DNA of 63,856 nt, the filler included, from Myxococcota bacterium (GTDB lineage Bacteria; Myxococcota_C; UBA6777), in assembly GCA_023150835.1 (NCBI GenBank). It is 3 parts of 3 records of this genome, joined end to end, with 100 filler letters (N's around TTAATTAATTAA, not from the genome) between each part and the next. Parts side by side here need not be neighbours in the genome. Positions count along the whole stretch, not along the records: positions 28,736 to 57,358 come from JAKLKB010000088.1; 2 more parts are not named here. The stretch is one strand, 5' to 3'. Below the pieces are notes generated by a model. That model was not told the origin of the DNA, searched no databases, and saw only the letters and a program-made list of their open reading frames with translations. A program made the translations under genes and the position numbers. Position 1 is the first letter of the stretch, and each line of letters starts with the position of its first letter. This document shows, piece after piece, positions 28,636-38,228 of this stretch.

Positions 28636-28735
28636 NNNNNNNNNNNNNNNNNNNNNNNNNNNNNNNNNNNNNNNNNNNNTTAATTAATTAANNNNNNNNN
28701 NNNNNNNNNNNNNNNNNNNNNNNNNNNNNNNNNNN
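28636..28735. other. Assembly gap / artificial contig linker
   Basis: 100 nt of N with a TTAATTAATTAA core (stop codons in all frames). Confidence 0.97.
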
Positions 28736-28880
28736 TGGAACGGGTAGCGTCTGCGTCTCGTGCATACAGCGTGCGTCACGAAAAAACAACATCCCCGCTG
28801 CTTCCGACTTTCGCTCCCTCCCCTGTTCACGGGGGAGGGCTGGGGTGGGGGGCCAACAAGCGCTTCACCTAACGCCTATG
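28736..28880 (-). mobile_element. Family C element (left part, reverse orientation) inserted in a GTAG-REP
   Basis: Reverse complement of ~9216-9360, ending CACCTAACGCCTATG and followed by GGGGCTGCCCCTACG. Confidence 0.75.
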
Positions 28881-29262
28881 GGGGCTGCCCCTACGTTTTA
28901 CGGTCACACTACGAGCGGATTTGGTATACCTCTTCAAGAACTGGCAAGAACCAGTCTTGAGAGTCATGCCTACGTTTTACGCTCACACAATGGGCAGATC
29001 TCGTATCCCCCCCTGTGGTTGCCCCTACATTTTACGCTCACACAATGGACAGATTTCGTAGCCGTACATCCAATACTTTTCGCGATGAAATAGAATGAGG
29101 AGTGACGCAGTTGATCAAATCCCCCCGTGTTCGGGTACTTCAAGCGGCAGTACTGTTTGTTTGAAAAACCAGTGATCACCCCGTCGATGCGGGGTCAAGG
29201 GGCGACAGTCCCTTGCGGGGTGTGGTACCTCGCCACAAAAACGATCCAACCGCGCAACTTCG
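28881..29262. repeat. Family A remnants followed by a family B element (29098-29262)
   Basis: CCCCTAC.TTTTACG.TCACAC motif three times, then GAGGAGTGACGCAGTTG...GGGGTCAAGGGGCGACAGTCCCTTGCGGGG. Confidence 0.7.
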
Positions 29263-29277
29263 ACAGAAGAGGAAAAT

Positions 29278-30624
29278 ATGCGAAAAAACAGTTATTGGCC
29301 ACTCTACTTTGGCGCGTTGCTCTGCCTGTTTTCGATGACATCGCAAGCACGCGCAGAACTCAAGCTGCGGGGCTATGCTGAGTCGCGGTATGCGTACTTG
29401 TTTGGAACCGACCTCGCGGGGATCTGTGGCGATTATGCCCCGGGTGGCTCGCTCAACATCTTTTGCAATCCGCAGATGTTGATCAACCGCATCCGACCGA
29501 GTGTACAGGCCAGCTTCACAGAAAAAGCGACGTTGCGTGCGACCTTTAACGTCCTCACCACGCATCTTGGCTTGGATCGCAAGATCGAAAGCATCTGGGA
29601 TATCTTGACGATCGATCGAATCTTTCTAGAGCTTCGTACAAAATACATCGACTTTCGCTTAGGCAAGCAATCCTTTGAGTGGGGGCCTGCGGTAATCTGG
29701 AATCTGACAGCCCCCTTTAACCAACAGAACTTGTTTGAGCCAAACGCTGAACGCCCGGGTTTATGGGGTCTGAACGCATACATCGCTTATTCTCAAACAG
29801 GCGGTTTTCGTTTGGGCGTCATTGCAGAACCCGATATCGCGGTCTCTTCCGAAAAGATCTTAGGAGCGAAGACCTTTCTGCGATGGGCGCACACTTTTGG
29901 AGAAACCCAAGTCGCGACGACTTTTTTATGGAGTAGCAACCAAAAACTCTTTACCATCGGCGCGGATATCAAAGGGCAGTTGGAGATCGGATTTTGGTCT
30001 GAGGCCGCCGTCACCATCCCTTACGAAACAGCGGCTCTTCCCGCAGGCCAAGATCCTCGCCCCGTCAACTTCCAAATTGTAGCAGGCATCGATTACAGCT
30101 TCCCCGTCTTGGATCGCCTCGTTCTTGCTTTACAGTACTACTACAACCACAATGGAAAGACAAAATCAGATGACTATCCACTCAATACACCGACAGGAAA
30201 AACGCAACTTGACGCTGCAATGAACCTTGTCTACACAGCCTCTCGTTCTGCCGCTGTCACTTTGCCCTCAGGTCCGTTTAACCCGGGAAACTTCGCAGGT
30301 CTCGGTGTATCCAGCGGCTTCTTGGGTACACATTACCTTTTACTTACAGCCAACCTGACTTTTCTCGAAGATTACACCCTCAGCCTGTTTGCTCTGTCCA
30401 ATCTACTCGATCCTTCAGTGATCTTCGGCCCCGGATTTACATGGAACTTTCTGTCTAACTTTACTCTCTCCGTGACTGCGTATTTTTCTCTTGGCCCAAC
30501 CAACGCAGAATTCGCTGCCACCACGCGCACTGTGACGATCAGTGAAAACGGGGTAAACGCACAAAAAAATGTCCGCATTCAACCACTTGCAACGGCTCTC
30601 GCGCAAATGAAATATAATTTCTGA
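29278..30624 (+). CDS. Exported, probable outer-membrane beta-barrel protein associated with the ABC system
   Basis: Signal peptide (ARA|E), DFRLGKQSFEWG motif, amphipathic strands and C-terminal KYNF. Confidence 0.75.
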   Translation: MRKNSYWPLYFGALLCLFSMTSQARAELKLRGYAESRYAYLFGTDLAGICGDYAPGGSLNIFCNPQMLINRIRPSVQASFTEKATLRATFNVLTTHLGLDRKIESIWDILTIDRIFLELRTKYIDFRLGKQSFEWGPAVIWNLTAPFNQQNLFEPNAERPGLWGLNAYIAYSQTGGFRLGVIAEPDIAVSSEKILGAKTFLRWAHTFGETQVATTFLWSSNQKLFTIGADIKGQLEIGFWSEAAVTIPYETAALPAGQDPRPVNFQIVAGIDYSFPVLDRLVLALQYYYNHNGKTKSDDYPLNTPTGKTQLDAAMNLVYTASRSAAVTLPSGPFNPGNFAGLGVSSGFLGTHYLLLTANLTFLEDYTLSLFALSNLLDPSVIFGPGFTWNFLSNFTLSVTAYFSLGPTNAEFAATTRTVTISENGVNAQKNVRIQPLATALAQMKYNF

Positions 30625-30636
30625 GCCGTTCTATAT

Positions 30637-30760
30637 TTGTGGGGTTCCACCCCACGCCCCGCAAGGGAGCTTTGCCCCCTTGACCCCGTATCGGCGAAGT
30701 GAGCGATGGTGCTTTAAACAAACGACTCCATCGCTTGAAGTGGTGCGAACACGGCTTATT
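30637..30760 (+). repeat. Family B element
   Basis: TTTGTGGGGTTCCACCCCACGCCCCGCAAGGGAG...CCCCTTGACCCCG...GCGAACACGG. Confidence 0.75.
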
Positions 30761-30790
30761 AGAAAGGGTATGGTGTAAAATCCGCCCATT

Positions 30791-30905
30791 ATACGAAATC
30801 CGCCTGTAGTGTGATCGTAAAAACGTAGGGGCAGCCCCCTGTGGCTGCCCAAGGATAGGGCGTCTGGGCGCTATCCTTCTATCATAGATCACCCGGATAT
30901 CGTAT
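30791..30905 (+). mobile_element. Family A element, 115 bp, complete
   Basis: ATACGAAATCC ... GTAGGGGCAGCCCCCTGTGGCTGCCC ... GGATATCGTAT. Confidence 0.8.
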
Positions 30906-31052
30906 TATATGATCGCAAAGGTGTAGAAGAATCCCCATGTGGCTGTCCTATTACAGAACGGTTATAGAAAACGATGCTTATGTTTCGAGCAGACTTTTTT
31001 CAAATCTCGTACGAGACGACTTTTTACACAGACAACCCAACGGAGGTGCAAA

Positions 31053-31793
31053 GTGCGACTGACCGCTTATTGTGAAGATGTGAGCCGAATCTTTCGACCG
31101 GGAAGCAACGAAGTCCGCGCACTTGACGGTGTGACGTTCCGACTTCATCGCGGAGAGATGGCTGCTGTGGCGGGTCCATCGGGATCGGGAAAGACCACAC
31201 TGCTCAACATGATCGGATGCCTTGATCGGCCTGATCAAGGCAAAGTCTTTTTGGATGGTGAAGATATCTCGCATAAAAGCAAACATCAACTTGCGCAGAT
31301 CCGCAACGAAAAAATCGGATTTATCTTTCAGTCTTTTCACTTGATCCCCGTCTTGACGGTATTTGAGAATGTCGAATTCGCTCTCCAGATCCAAGGCAAG
31401 CTTTCCGCAGACGGGCGCAAAGATCGCGTGATGCCTGTCCTTGAGGCCCTTGGCATCGCCCAATTGGCCAGCCGCAAACCAAGCGAGATCTCAGGCGGCC
31501 AGCAACAACGGGTCGCCATCGCACGCGCTCTTGTCAAAAAGCCTGTTTTGATTCTTGCAGATGAACCGACAGCAAATCTCGACTCTAAGACGGCTCTTTC
31601 TATTATTGAACTGATGGTTAAGCTGCATCAAGAAGAAGGTACGACGTTTCTTTTTTCGACACACGATCCGATGGTGATGGACACCGCCCCTCGCCTTGTC
31701 CACCTGCGCGACGGAAAGATCGTCAGCGACAGCGGCGAGCAGATGAACAAAAACCAACCCAAAGAAACGGAGGCGGGAGATGTTTCTGCTTAA
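31053..31793 (+). CDS. ABC transporter ATP-binding protein (LolD/MacB-like)
   Basis: GGAGG RBS plus [38 protein letters not shown] and STHD. Confidence 0.93.
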   Translation: MRLTAYCEDVSRIFRPGSNEVRALDGVTFRLHRGEMAAVAGPSGSGKTTLLNMIGCLDRPDQGKVFLDGEDISHKSKHQLAQIRNEKIGFIFQSFHLIPVLTVFENVEFALQIQGKLSADGRKDRVMPVLEALGIAQLASRKPSEISGGQQQRVAIARALVKKPVLILADEPTANLDSKTALSIIELMVKLHQEEGTTFLFSTHDPMVMDTAPRLVHLRDGKIVSDSGEQMNKNQPKETEAGDVSA

Positions 31794-33024
31794 ACTTGCG
31801 ACGCTCAATATCTTCCGCAACACCAAGCGTTCGATCCTGACGATGACCACCGTGTTTGTCGGTGTCTTTGGCTTTATCATGGCCTCGGGGATGGTCAACG
31901 GCGTCGAGCAGACCTATGTGCGCATCGAGATCGACACGGAAACCGCCCACTTGCGTGTGATGCACAAGCGTTATCTCAGCGAAGAAGAAAACTTTCCGCT
32001 CGATCTGATCTTGCCCCAACAACGGGCGGTTCACTCCATGATCAAAAAAGATTGGCCCGAAGCCGTGGTGGTTCCGCGAATTATCTTTTCTGCGCAGCTT
32101 GGCGATGGAGAACAAGCCCTCGGGGCAAGGGGGGTGGCGATCGACTCCGCCCTTGCTGAAAAAGCGTTCTCCTTGAGTCGCTTTAGCTCTTCAAAAAAAC
32201 CGCTTCCAGAAACAGGCAAATGGATCTTTGTCGGATCGATTATCGCGAAAAGCTTTAAGAAAAAAATCGGCGATACACTTACCATTGAAAGCCGAACTCG
32301 CGATGGTTCGATGAATGCGGACGATTATCAGATCGCGGGTGTGATCTCGACAGGAAACATGATTATCGATGGCGGTAGCTTTTACATACCACTCAAAAGT
32401 GCGCGTGATCTCTTGCGTATGCCCAAAGGTCTTACAGATGTTGTCGTCAAGCTACCCAAAAAACAAGACGCTTTGCTCGTTTCGACTCGGCTACAAAAGC
32501 AATTCGGTGCGGTCCAAGCGCAGACATGGCAAGACAAGACCCGCACGATCTTTGAACTCAACAAGATGCGCCGCCAGATGTTCAACGTCCTGATCAGTAT
32601 CATCCTGATCGTTGCCGCCGCCGGGATGGCCAATACAGTCTTGATGAGCGCCTTTGAGCGCAAGGGCGAGATCGGGATGATGATGGCGCTTGGGATGCCA
32701 GAAGGTCGGATTGTTCGGCTGTTTACAGCAGAGGCCGGGATGTTGGGCTTGATCGGTAGCGTCTTCGGAGCGCTTTGTGGCGGAAGTTGGGCGTATTACC
32801 TCCAAGTCTACGGTTGGGATATCTCTGCAATGGTCGAAAAAACCTATGGTGCAACAGGGCAAACAACAGGTCTTTCTGTCGCTTCTTTTATCTTTTTCGA
32901 TATCTCTATTTCTACGATCCTCATGGGCATCTTTCTTGGAGTATTCGTCTCTCTTCTCGCTTCGCTGTGGCCAGCTTGGCGTACCACCCGCTTTGACCCA
33001 CGCGAAGTCCTCGCAAGGAGCTAA
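31780..33024 (+). CDS. ABC transporter permease (FtsX/LolC-E-like)
   Basis: NIFRNTKRSILT, NTVLMSAFERKGEIGMMMALG and SLWPAWR...DPREVL. Confidence 0.9.
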   Translation: MFLLKLATLNIFRNTKRSILTMTTVFVGVFGFIMASGMVNGVEQTYVRIEIDTETAHLRVMHKRYLSEEENFPLDLILPQQRAVHSMIKKDWPEAVVVPRIIFSAQLGDGEQALGARGVAIDSALAEKAFSLSRFSSSKKPLPETGKWIFVGSIIAKSFKKKIGDTLTIESRTRDGSMNADDYQIAGVISTGNMIIDGGSFYIPLKSARDLLRMPKGLTDVVVKLPKKQDALLVSTRLQKQFGAVQAQTWQDKTRTIFELNKMRRQMFNVLISIILIVAAAGMANTVLMSAFERKGEIGMMMALGMPEGRIVRLFTAEAGMLGLIGSVFGALCGGSWAYYLQVYGWDISAMVEKTYGATGQTTGLSVASFIFFDISISTILMGIFLGVFVSLLASLWPAWRTTRFDPREVLARS

Positions 33025-33026
33025 TC

Positions 33027-34580
33027 ATGGGCATCACGATCAAACTTGGACTCAAAAATATTGGGCGCAACCGCACCCGCTCTTTTCTCACCATCATTGC
33101 TGTTGTCTTTTGCTCAGGCGGGATCACCCTTTATAGCGTGATGTTTGAAGGTTCGATGGATATGTTCTTGCGTGGTTTTACCAGTCAAACGGGTCATGTT
33201 CGTCTGCTTCACCCCAAACTCGAAAAAGAAGAACGCCTTGGTGCAGGTCGCTACTTTCTTACAAACATTCCAGCCCTTCAAACACAACTGAACGATCTTC
33301 CCGGCGTCACCGCCGTCGCACCACGCATCAGTCTTGGTGCCTTTTTGACGAAAGATAAAAAAGAAGATGTCCAAGCACATCTTCTATCTTCGCAAAGCAA
33401 ACTGACCCTTTCCGAAGGCGCACTACCCACACAGCACGATCAAGAAGTCCTGATCGATGCCTCCCTTGCCAAGCGCCTCAAGTTTGAAGTGGGCGAATCC
33501 ATCGAGATCATCCCTCGACAAGCGGGATCCACGCAGCGCCAAAACCTCTTCATCACGGGATTTGTCAAAGACACCTCTCCGACCCAAACATCCGCCATCT
33601 ATGCACATCCCCAAGCTCTCCAGCCTTTTCTCAAAAACTCCCCTGCTGCACCGACGGCTTCTCCGCTTGCTCTTTCGTTGGTCTACTCCAAGCAAGCCCC
33701 CGCGCAAGGCACAGGCATCATCCCCGCTGCCGAGAGCCAAGGCATCCAGCTTCACAAAAAGATCGGCGCTGGAAAGATGCTCGCCCCCAACGGAAAACAG
33801 ATCCTTCTTGGAAAAGATCTCGCCGAGCGGCTGGATGCCAAGGTAGGCGAAAAGATCACGCTGATGGGAAAAAAAGCCGAAGAAGGTGGGATCTCGATGA
33901 TGACACTCCAGATCGTCGGGATCTTTAGCTTGGGCAATGGCGCACAGGACAAGATGTTTTACGTCAACTTGCCCACCGCGCAATACTTCCTTGATATCCC
34001 CGATCAAGCCACCTACTTACTGCTTTTTGGCCAAGGCATCTGGAGTTCCACCGCCATCGCCGCTGCCGTCAAAAAGCGCAAACTCCCGCCCCAAGTGACC
34101 GTCCAGCGCTGGCAAGACACAACCTTCGGGGCCACCATGCTTCCGTTGGCTCAAGTGATGCTCTTTATCCTTGGAGGGTTGATCGTCTTTATCGGCGGGA
34201 TCGGCCTTCTCAACACGTTGATGATGTCTGTTCTGGAACGCAAAAATGAGATCGGCATCATGATGGCGCTTGGTCTATCGCCTCGACATATCGGCGGGAT
34301 CTTTCTGTTTGAAGGCGTACTCTTCGGTGTGATCGGGGCCGTTCTCGGTGTCCTGCTTGCCGTGATCGCTTCGATCCCTCTAATCACAAAAGGCTTGTCT
34401 TTTGGCTCAGCCGCTTCGCAGCTTCCTATCCCGATCGAGGAGTCCTTCAAAGGAGTGCTTACGCCTACGGGCATCATCGTTGGTTTGCTTGTGGGTATCC
34501 TCTCGACTGTTGTCGGGGCGCTGTGGCCTTCTTACAAAGCCTCTCAAACGGATCCGATCGAAGCCTTACGAAAGTCTTAA
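33027..34580 (+). CDS. ABC transporter permease (FtsX/LolC-E-like) with an extended periplasmic domain
   Basis: NIGRNRTRSFLT, NTLMMSVLERKNEIGIMMALG and LWPSYKASQTDPIEALR. Confidence 0.9.
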   Translation: MGITIKLGLKNIGRNRTRSFLTIIAVVFCSGGITLYSVMFEGSMDMFLRGFTSQTGHVRLLHPKLEKEERLGAGRYFLTNIPALQTQLNDLPGVTAVAPRISLGAFLTKDKKEDVQAHLLSSQSKLTLSEGALPTQHDQEVLIDASLAKRLKFEVGESIEIIPRQAGSTQRQNLFITGFVKDTSPTQTSAIYAHPQALQPFLKNSPAAPTASPLALSLVYSKQAPAQGTGIIPAAESQGIQLHKKIGAGKMLAPNGKQILLGKDLAERLDAKVGEKITLMGKKAEEGGISMMTLQIVGIFSLGNGAQDKMFYVNLPTAQYFLDIPDQATYLLLFGQGIWSSTAIAAAVKKRKLPPQVTVQRWQDTTFGATMLPLAQVMLFILGGLIVFIGGIGLLNTLMMSVLERKNEIGIMMALGLSPRHIGGIFLFEGVLFGVIGAVLGVLLAVIASIPLITKGLSFGSAASQLPIPIEESFKGVLTPTGIIVGLLVGILSTVVGALWPSYKASQTDPIEALRKS

Positions 34581-34591
34581 TCTTTTTATAA

Positions 34592-34707
34592 TAGGAGTGA
34601 CGCAGTTGAAAAAGGAAACCGTGAAGAATCAAGACGTTGTAGATGCGGTTTGCGAACTGCCCGCGCCCAAACGTAGGTCTTTTTCGTATCGAACTGCGTA
34701 AGTCCTC
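34592..34707. mobile_element. 116-bp MITE-like element with family B termini and a 5-bp TATAA target duplication
   Basis: TATAA|TAGGAGTGACGCAGTT...AACTGCGTAAGTCCTC|TATAA. Confidence 0.75.
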
Positions 34708-34760
34708 TATAACAAGACTTATAAACAAACCACCAAACCACCCAAGAAAGGGCCTTTCAG

Positions 34761-35561
34761 ATGCGATCACCCCAAGCCCAACGATGCTTTACAGCGCGTT
34801 CCACAAAAACCGCCTTCGTTGCGATGCTCGGCACGGCGGCACTTTTTCTCTCGATTGCCCCGACCTACGCCCAAGACAAGATCACTCCCGAAGAGATCAT
34901 CCGACGCATGGACAAAAATCACGTCTTTGAGAGCCGAGAATCTCATACGATTATGCGGATTCATCGCTATGGTCGCACTCGTGAAAGCCACATGCGCAGC
35001 TATTCCAAAGGCGAAGATTCTTCCTACACCGAGTTTTTGTCGCCTGCTCGTGACAAGGGCATCAAGTATCTGAAACTGCGCAACAATCTTTGGATGTATA
35101 TGCCTTCGGCTGAAAAAGTCCTCAAGATCTCAGGCCACATGCTCCGGCAGTCGATGATGGGCAGCGATTTTTCTTACGAAGATATGCTTGATTCGACCGC
35201 ACTACGCGACCGCTACAACAAAGAACTGGTGGGCGAAGAAGCAGTCAACGGCCAGCTTTGCTATGTACTCAAACTCACACAAAAAAATCAGGGCGAAACC
35301 TACCCCACCCGCAAAGTCTGGATCCACAAAACCCAATTCGTCACCCTCAAATCCGAGCTATTCGCCGTTTCTGGGCGCCTACTCAAAGTCATGACGCTCA
35401 GCAACGTCAAGCAATACGGAGAACGCTACTACCCCACCGTTGTCCGTATGGAAAACAAGCTGCGGCGTGGCACATGGACCGAAGCCACCATGAAAACCAT
35501 CAAGTTCAAAGTCCAACTCCCCGAACAGATCTTCTCTCTGCGCAACCTTCAGCGCGATTAA
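34761..35561 (+). CDS. Outer membrane lipoprotein-sorting protein (LolA-like fold)
   Basis: Signal peptide, FLSPARDKG.KYL, WMYMPS, MMGSDFSYEDM and FSLRNL. Confidence 0.88.
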   Translation: MRSPQAQRCFTARSTKTAFVAMLGTAALFLSIAPTYAQDKITPEEIIRRMDKNHVFESRESHTIMRIHRYGRTRESHMRSYSKGEDSSYTEFLSPARDKGIKYLKLRNNLWMYMPSAEKVLKISGHMLRQSMMGSDFSYEDMLDSTALRDRYNKELVGEEAVNGQLCYVLKLTQKNQGETYPTRKVWIHKTQFVTLKSELFAVSGRLLKVMTLSNVKQYGERYYPTVVRMENKLRRGTWTEATMKTIKFKVQLPEQIFSLRNLQRD

Positions 35562-35695
35562 CCCCCCCATCCCTCCGAGACATCGCCCCCAAGAAGGCGA
35601 GCCTGATCGTGGTACGCATCGTCCCCCCCGATTCTTCCGTAACGTCGGCCTCAAGCCGTTCAACCAACCATCCGCATTGATGCGATGAATGCTTG

Positions 35696-35842
35696 TACGA
35701 AATCTGCCCATGCCTGATACCCCCCGACCGATGAGCTTTACAGACGAAGTGTCCGAGTGTTCGCCCTCTGTGGCTGCCCGACCACTGGGCGTCTACAGCG
35801 GATCGCACCGGCCCTTCGATCACACTTTTCCGGGTATCGTAT
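35696..35842 (+). repeat. Degenerate family A element overlapping the stop codon of the next gene
   Basis: TACGAAATCTGCCC...CCCTCTGTGGCTGCCC...GGGCGTCTAC...GGGTATCGTAT. Confidence 0.6.
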
Positions 35843-36909
35843 TACGCCTTTGCGGCCTTGCGTTTTTGATGCCGTTCCACCAACGGCGGGATGCTCAACA
35901 CCAAGATCGCTGCGATGATCAGGCCCGCTCCTGCGAGCTTGTAAGGACTCGGTGCAGGCGCATTGAAAAACCACGTCAACAACCCGCTCGCCAACACACC
36001 CGCCAAGATACTCGACGACCGATTCACAGGCACACAAAAGGTATTTTCTTGTTTGTTGAGCAAGATCAGTCCACCAAAGATCCCCGTCCCTTGGGAGAAA
36101 AGCCCTATCAAAAGCACACCTGCCAACACGATCCCTCCATCAAACAACGAGAAGCCTTGCGCCAACTCCCGCCCCAACGAACCCCATCCCAAAGCCGCCA
36201 ACACCACCACAAACGCCATAATCGCCGACACACCGACGATCTGCTCTTCTGCGAAAAATTGCCATTGTTTCGACGAATCATCCGACTTCGCCATCGAACT
36301 CATCAAGCGCAAGCGCACAAAATAAGCAGCTAGATACAGAGAGATATCGACCACCACCGCCGTGTTCAATGCCGTACTGCCACCGGGCTCCCAAAATGCC
36401 ACCACCAGCGCCAAAAAGCTCAGAAACAAGCCCACCCACGAAAACCACCGCGCTTTCCGACCGCTCAACATATCCACCGCAGGCGCGATCATCAACACGC
36501 CACCACGCATCAGCAGCATCGCAAACACGATGCTGATCCCCTTGAATGTGTAAGCCAACGTCGTTGTCGCAATAATTGTTGCAGTACAAAGCCCCGACAA
36601 AAACGTCCCTGTTGACGGGCGTGGGATCGACAATGGGCCGATCTTGAATTGGTGGGCATAGCGCCAAAGCCCTGTCGCATACAAAAAGATCACCATCCCC
36701 ACCGCCGAGACCACCAGACTCAACGGAAGCAAACGCGCCCCATCCATCGGGCCATTCGTCCCCCACCACAGCCCCCGCGAGATCGCTCGGGCGATCAAGC
36801 TGTACGGCACATAACACGCAAAATAACCAAAAGCGAACCACCAGATCGAAGCGTTCGCGATGCGATCCGCCATACTGCTTGGTACAGAACCTTTGCTTTC
36901 GTTTTGCAT
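35842..36909 (-). CDS. Integral membrane protein (about 10 TM, possibly DMT-like)
   Basis: Many hydrophobic segments with conserved-looking FAFGYFACYVPYS, LLMRGGVL and ENTFCVPVNRSSSILAG motifs. Confidence 0.75.
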   Translation of the reverse strand: MQNESKGSVPSSMADRIANASIWWFAFGYFACYVPYSLIARAISRGLWWGTNGPMDGARLLPLSLVVSAVGMVIFLYATGLWRYAHQFKIGPLSIPRPSTGTFLSGLCTATIIATTTLAYTFKGISIVFAMLLMRGGVLMIAPAVDMLSGRKARWFSWVGLFLSFLALVVAFWEPGGSTALNTAVVVDISLYLAAYFVRLRLMSSMAKSDDSSKQWQFFAEEQIVGVSAIMAFVVVLAALGWGSLGRELAQGFSLFDGGIVLAGVLLIGLFSQGTGIFGGLILLNKQENTFCVPVNRSSSILAGVLASGLLTWFFNAPAPSPYKLAGAGLIIAAILVLSIPPLVERHQKRKAAKA

Positions 36910-37058
36910 CTATTTTATGCTCCATCCTCTCAGGATAGCCCGTGTTTTGTCAGCTCGCACCTATCCTGCTATGCCAAAAGCTGGATCACTGAGCCTAAAC
37001 CAACTTTCTCTCGCACACAACTTCTTTCTTCCCTCGCAAAAACCCCAAAGGAGATTCG

Positions 37059-37499
37059 ATGAAATACCTACACACCATGCTCCGCGTCACAAACCTCGAT
37101 CAATCGCTCGATTTCTTTTGCAACAAGCTTGGCATGGTCGAGATCCGCCGCAACGACTACGAAAAAGGCCGCTTTACGCTCGTTTTCCTCGCAGCTCCCG
37201 ACGATGCCGAACAAGCCCGCCTCACACAATCTCCCACGCTCGAACTCACCTACAACTGGGACCCCGAAGTCTACACAGGTGGACGTAACTTCGGCCATCT
37301 GGCCTTTTCCGTCGATAACATCTACGCCACCTGCCAAAAGCTCCAAGACAACGGCCTGATCATCCATCGCCCTCCACGCGACGGTCGCATGGCCTTCATC
37401 CGCACGCCCGACAATATCTCCATCGAACTACTCCAAAAAGGCGAAGCTCTCGAACCTGCGGAACCTTGGCTCTCCATGCCCAACACAGGTACTTGGTGA
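37059..37499 (+). CDS. gloA: Lactoylglutathione lyase (glyoxalase I)
   Basis: [21 protein letters not shown] and [18 protein letters not shown]. Confidence 0.9.
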   Translation: MKYLHTMLRVTNLDQSLDFFCNKLGMVEIRRNDYEKGRFTLVFLAAPDDAEQARLTQSPTLELTYNWDPEVYTGGRNFGHLAFSVDNIYATCQKLQDNGLIIHRPPRDGRMAFIRTPDNISIELLQKGEALEPAEPWLSMPNTGTW

Positions 37500-37625
37500 T
37501 CCCCGCTCTGTTCTACCCGTCCCAACAGGCCGATCAATGATCTCAACGAGCATAGACAGATCCACAGCCACCATCACTGTCTCTATTCGCCACGCCCCAT
37601 TCTCCCCATCCCAACGGAGTCTTCG

Positions 37626-38087
37626 ATGCCCCGCTTTGAAGGTGACACCCACGAGCTCCTCACCCTCAACGTCCCCCGCGAACAAGCCCTCGCGGCCTTT
37701 CGTGATCCCAAGACAATCGCCCGCTACACGGGGCAGATGGCCTCTTACAAGATCCTCGACGATCACACCATTCATTTTCACGTACAGCCCCAATCCTCTC
37801 ACGGCGTGACCTTCCAAGCCGACTACATCTGCCGCTACGACGTCGACTCCCAAGGCGTCCTGACTTGGCGCTCCACCACAGCAAACCATATCTCCGTCTC
37901 TGGAGAAGCCCGATTCACCGCCATATCCCCCACACAAACCCGGCTCGAATACAAACAGTCCCTCGCGATGGACATGACCATCAATCGCCTACTCGCCGCA
38001 CTTATCGCCCCCCTGATCAAAAAAGGCATCCGTGACGGTGTCCTCGATTATCTCAAACGCATGAAACAAGCTCTCGAATCCCCCTAA
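37626..38087 (+). CDS. SRPBCC/CoxG-like protein
   Basis: Size and beta-sheet plus C-terminal helix pattern; GGAG RBS. Confidence 0.65.
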   Translation: MPRFEGDTHELLTLNVPREQALAAFRDPKTIARYTGQMASYKILDDHTIHFHVQPQSSHGVTFQADYICRYDVDSQGVLTWRSTTANHISVSGEARFTAISPTQTRLEYKQSLAMDMTINRLLAALIAPLIKKGIRDGVLDYLKRMKQALESP

Positions 38088-38222
38088 CCACCGCCTTTTT
38101 TCACACTCTCCCGAACCGCCACTTTTTTCTTCCACATCCCCGAACCACCGCTTTTTTCTTCCACATCCCCGAACCACCGCTTTTTTCTTCCATATCCCCG
38201 AACCACCGCTTTTTTCTTCCAT
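38081..38222 (+). repeat. 29-bp tandem repeat (about 5 copies) filling the gap between convergent genes
   Basis: CCACATCCCCGAACCACCGCTTTTTTCTT at 38132, 38161 and 38190, plus degenerate copies. Confidence 0.85.
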
Positions 38223-38228
38223 CCTCCC

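Noticed and set aside
28636-28735. TTAATTAATTAA palindrome as a biological site (also at 57359-57458)
   Set aside because: An identical N-padded linker occurs twice, so it is artificial. Adjacency across the gaps (for example mobA with nap) cannot be assumed.
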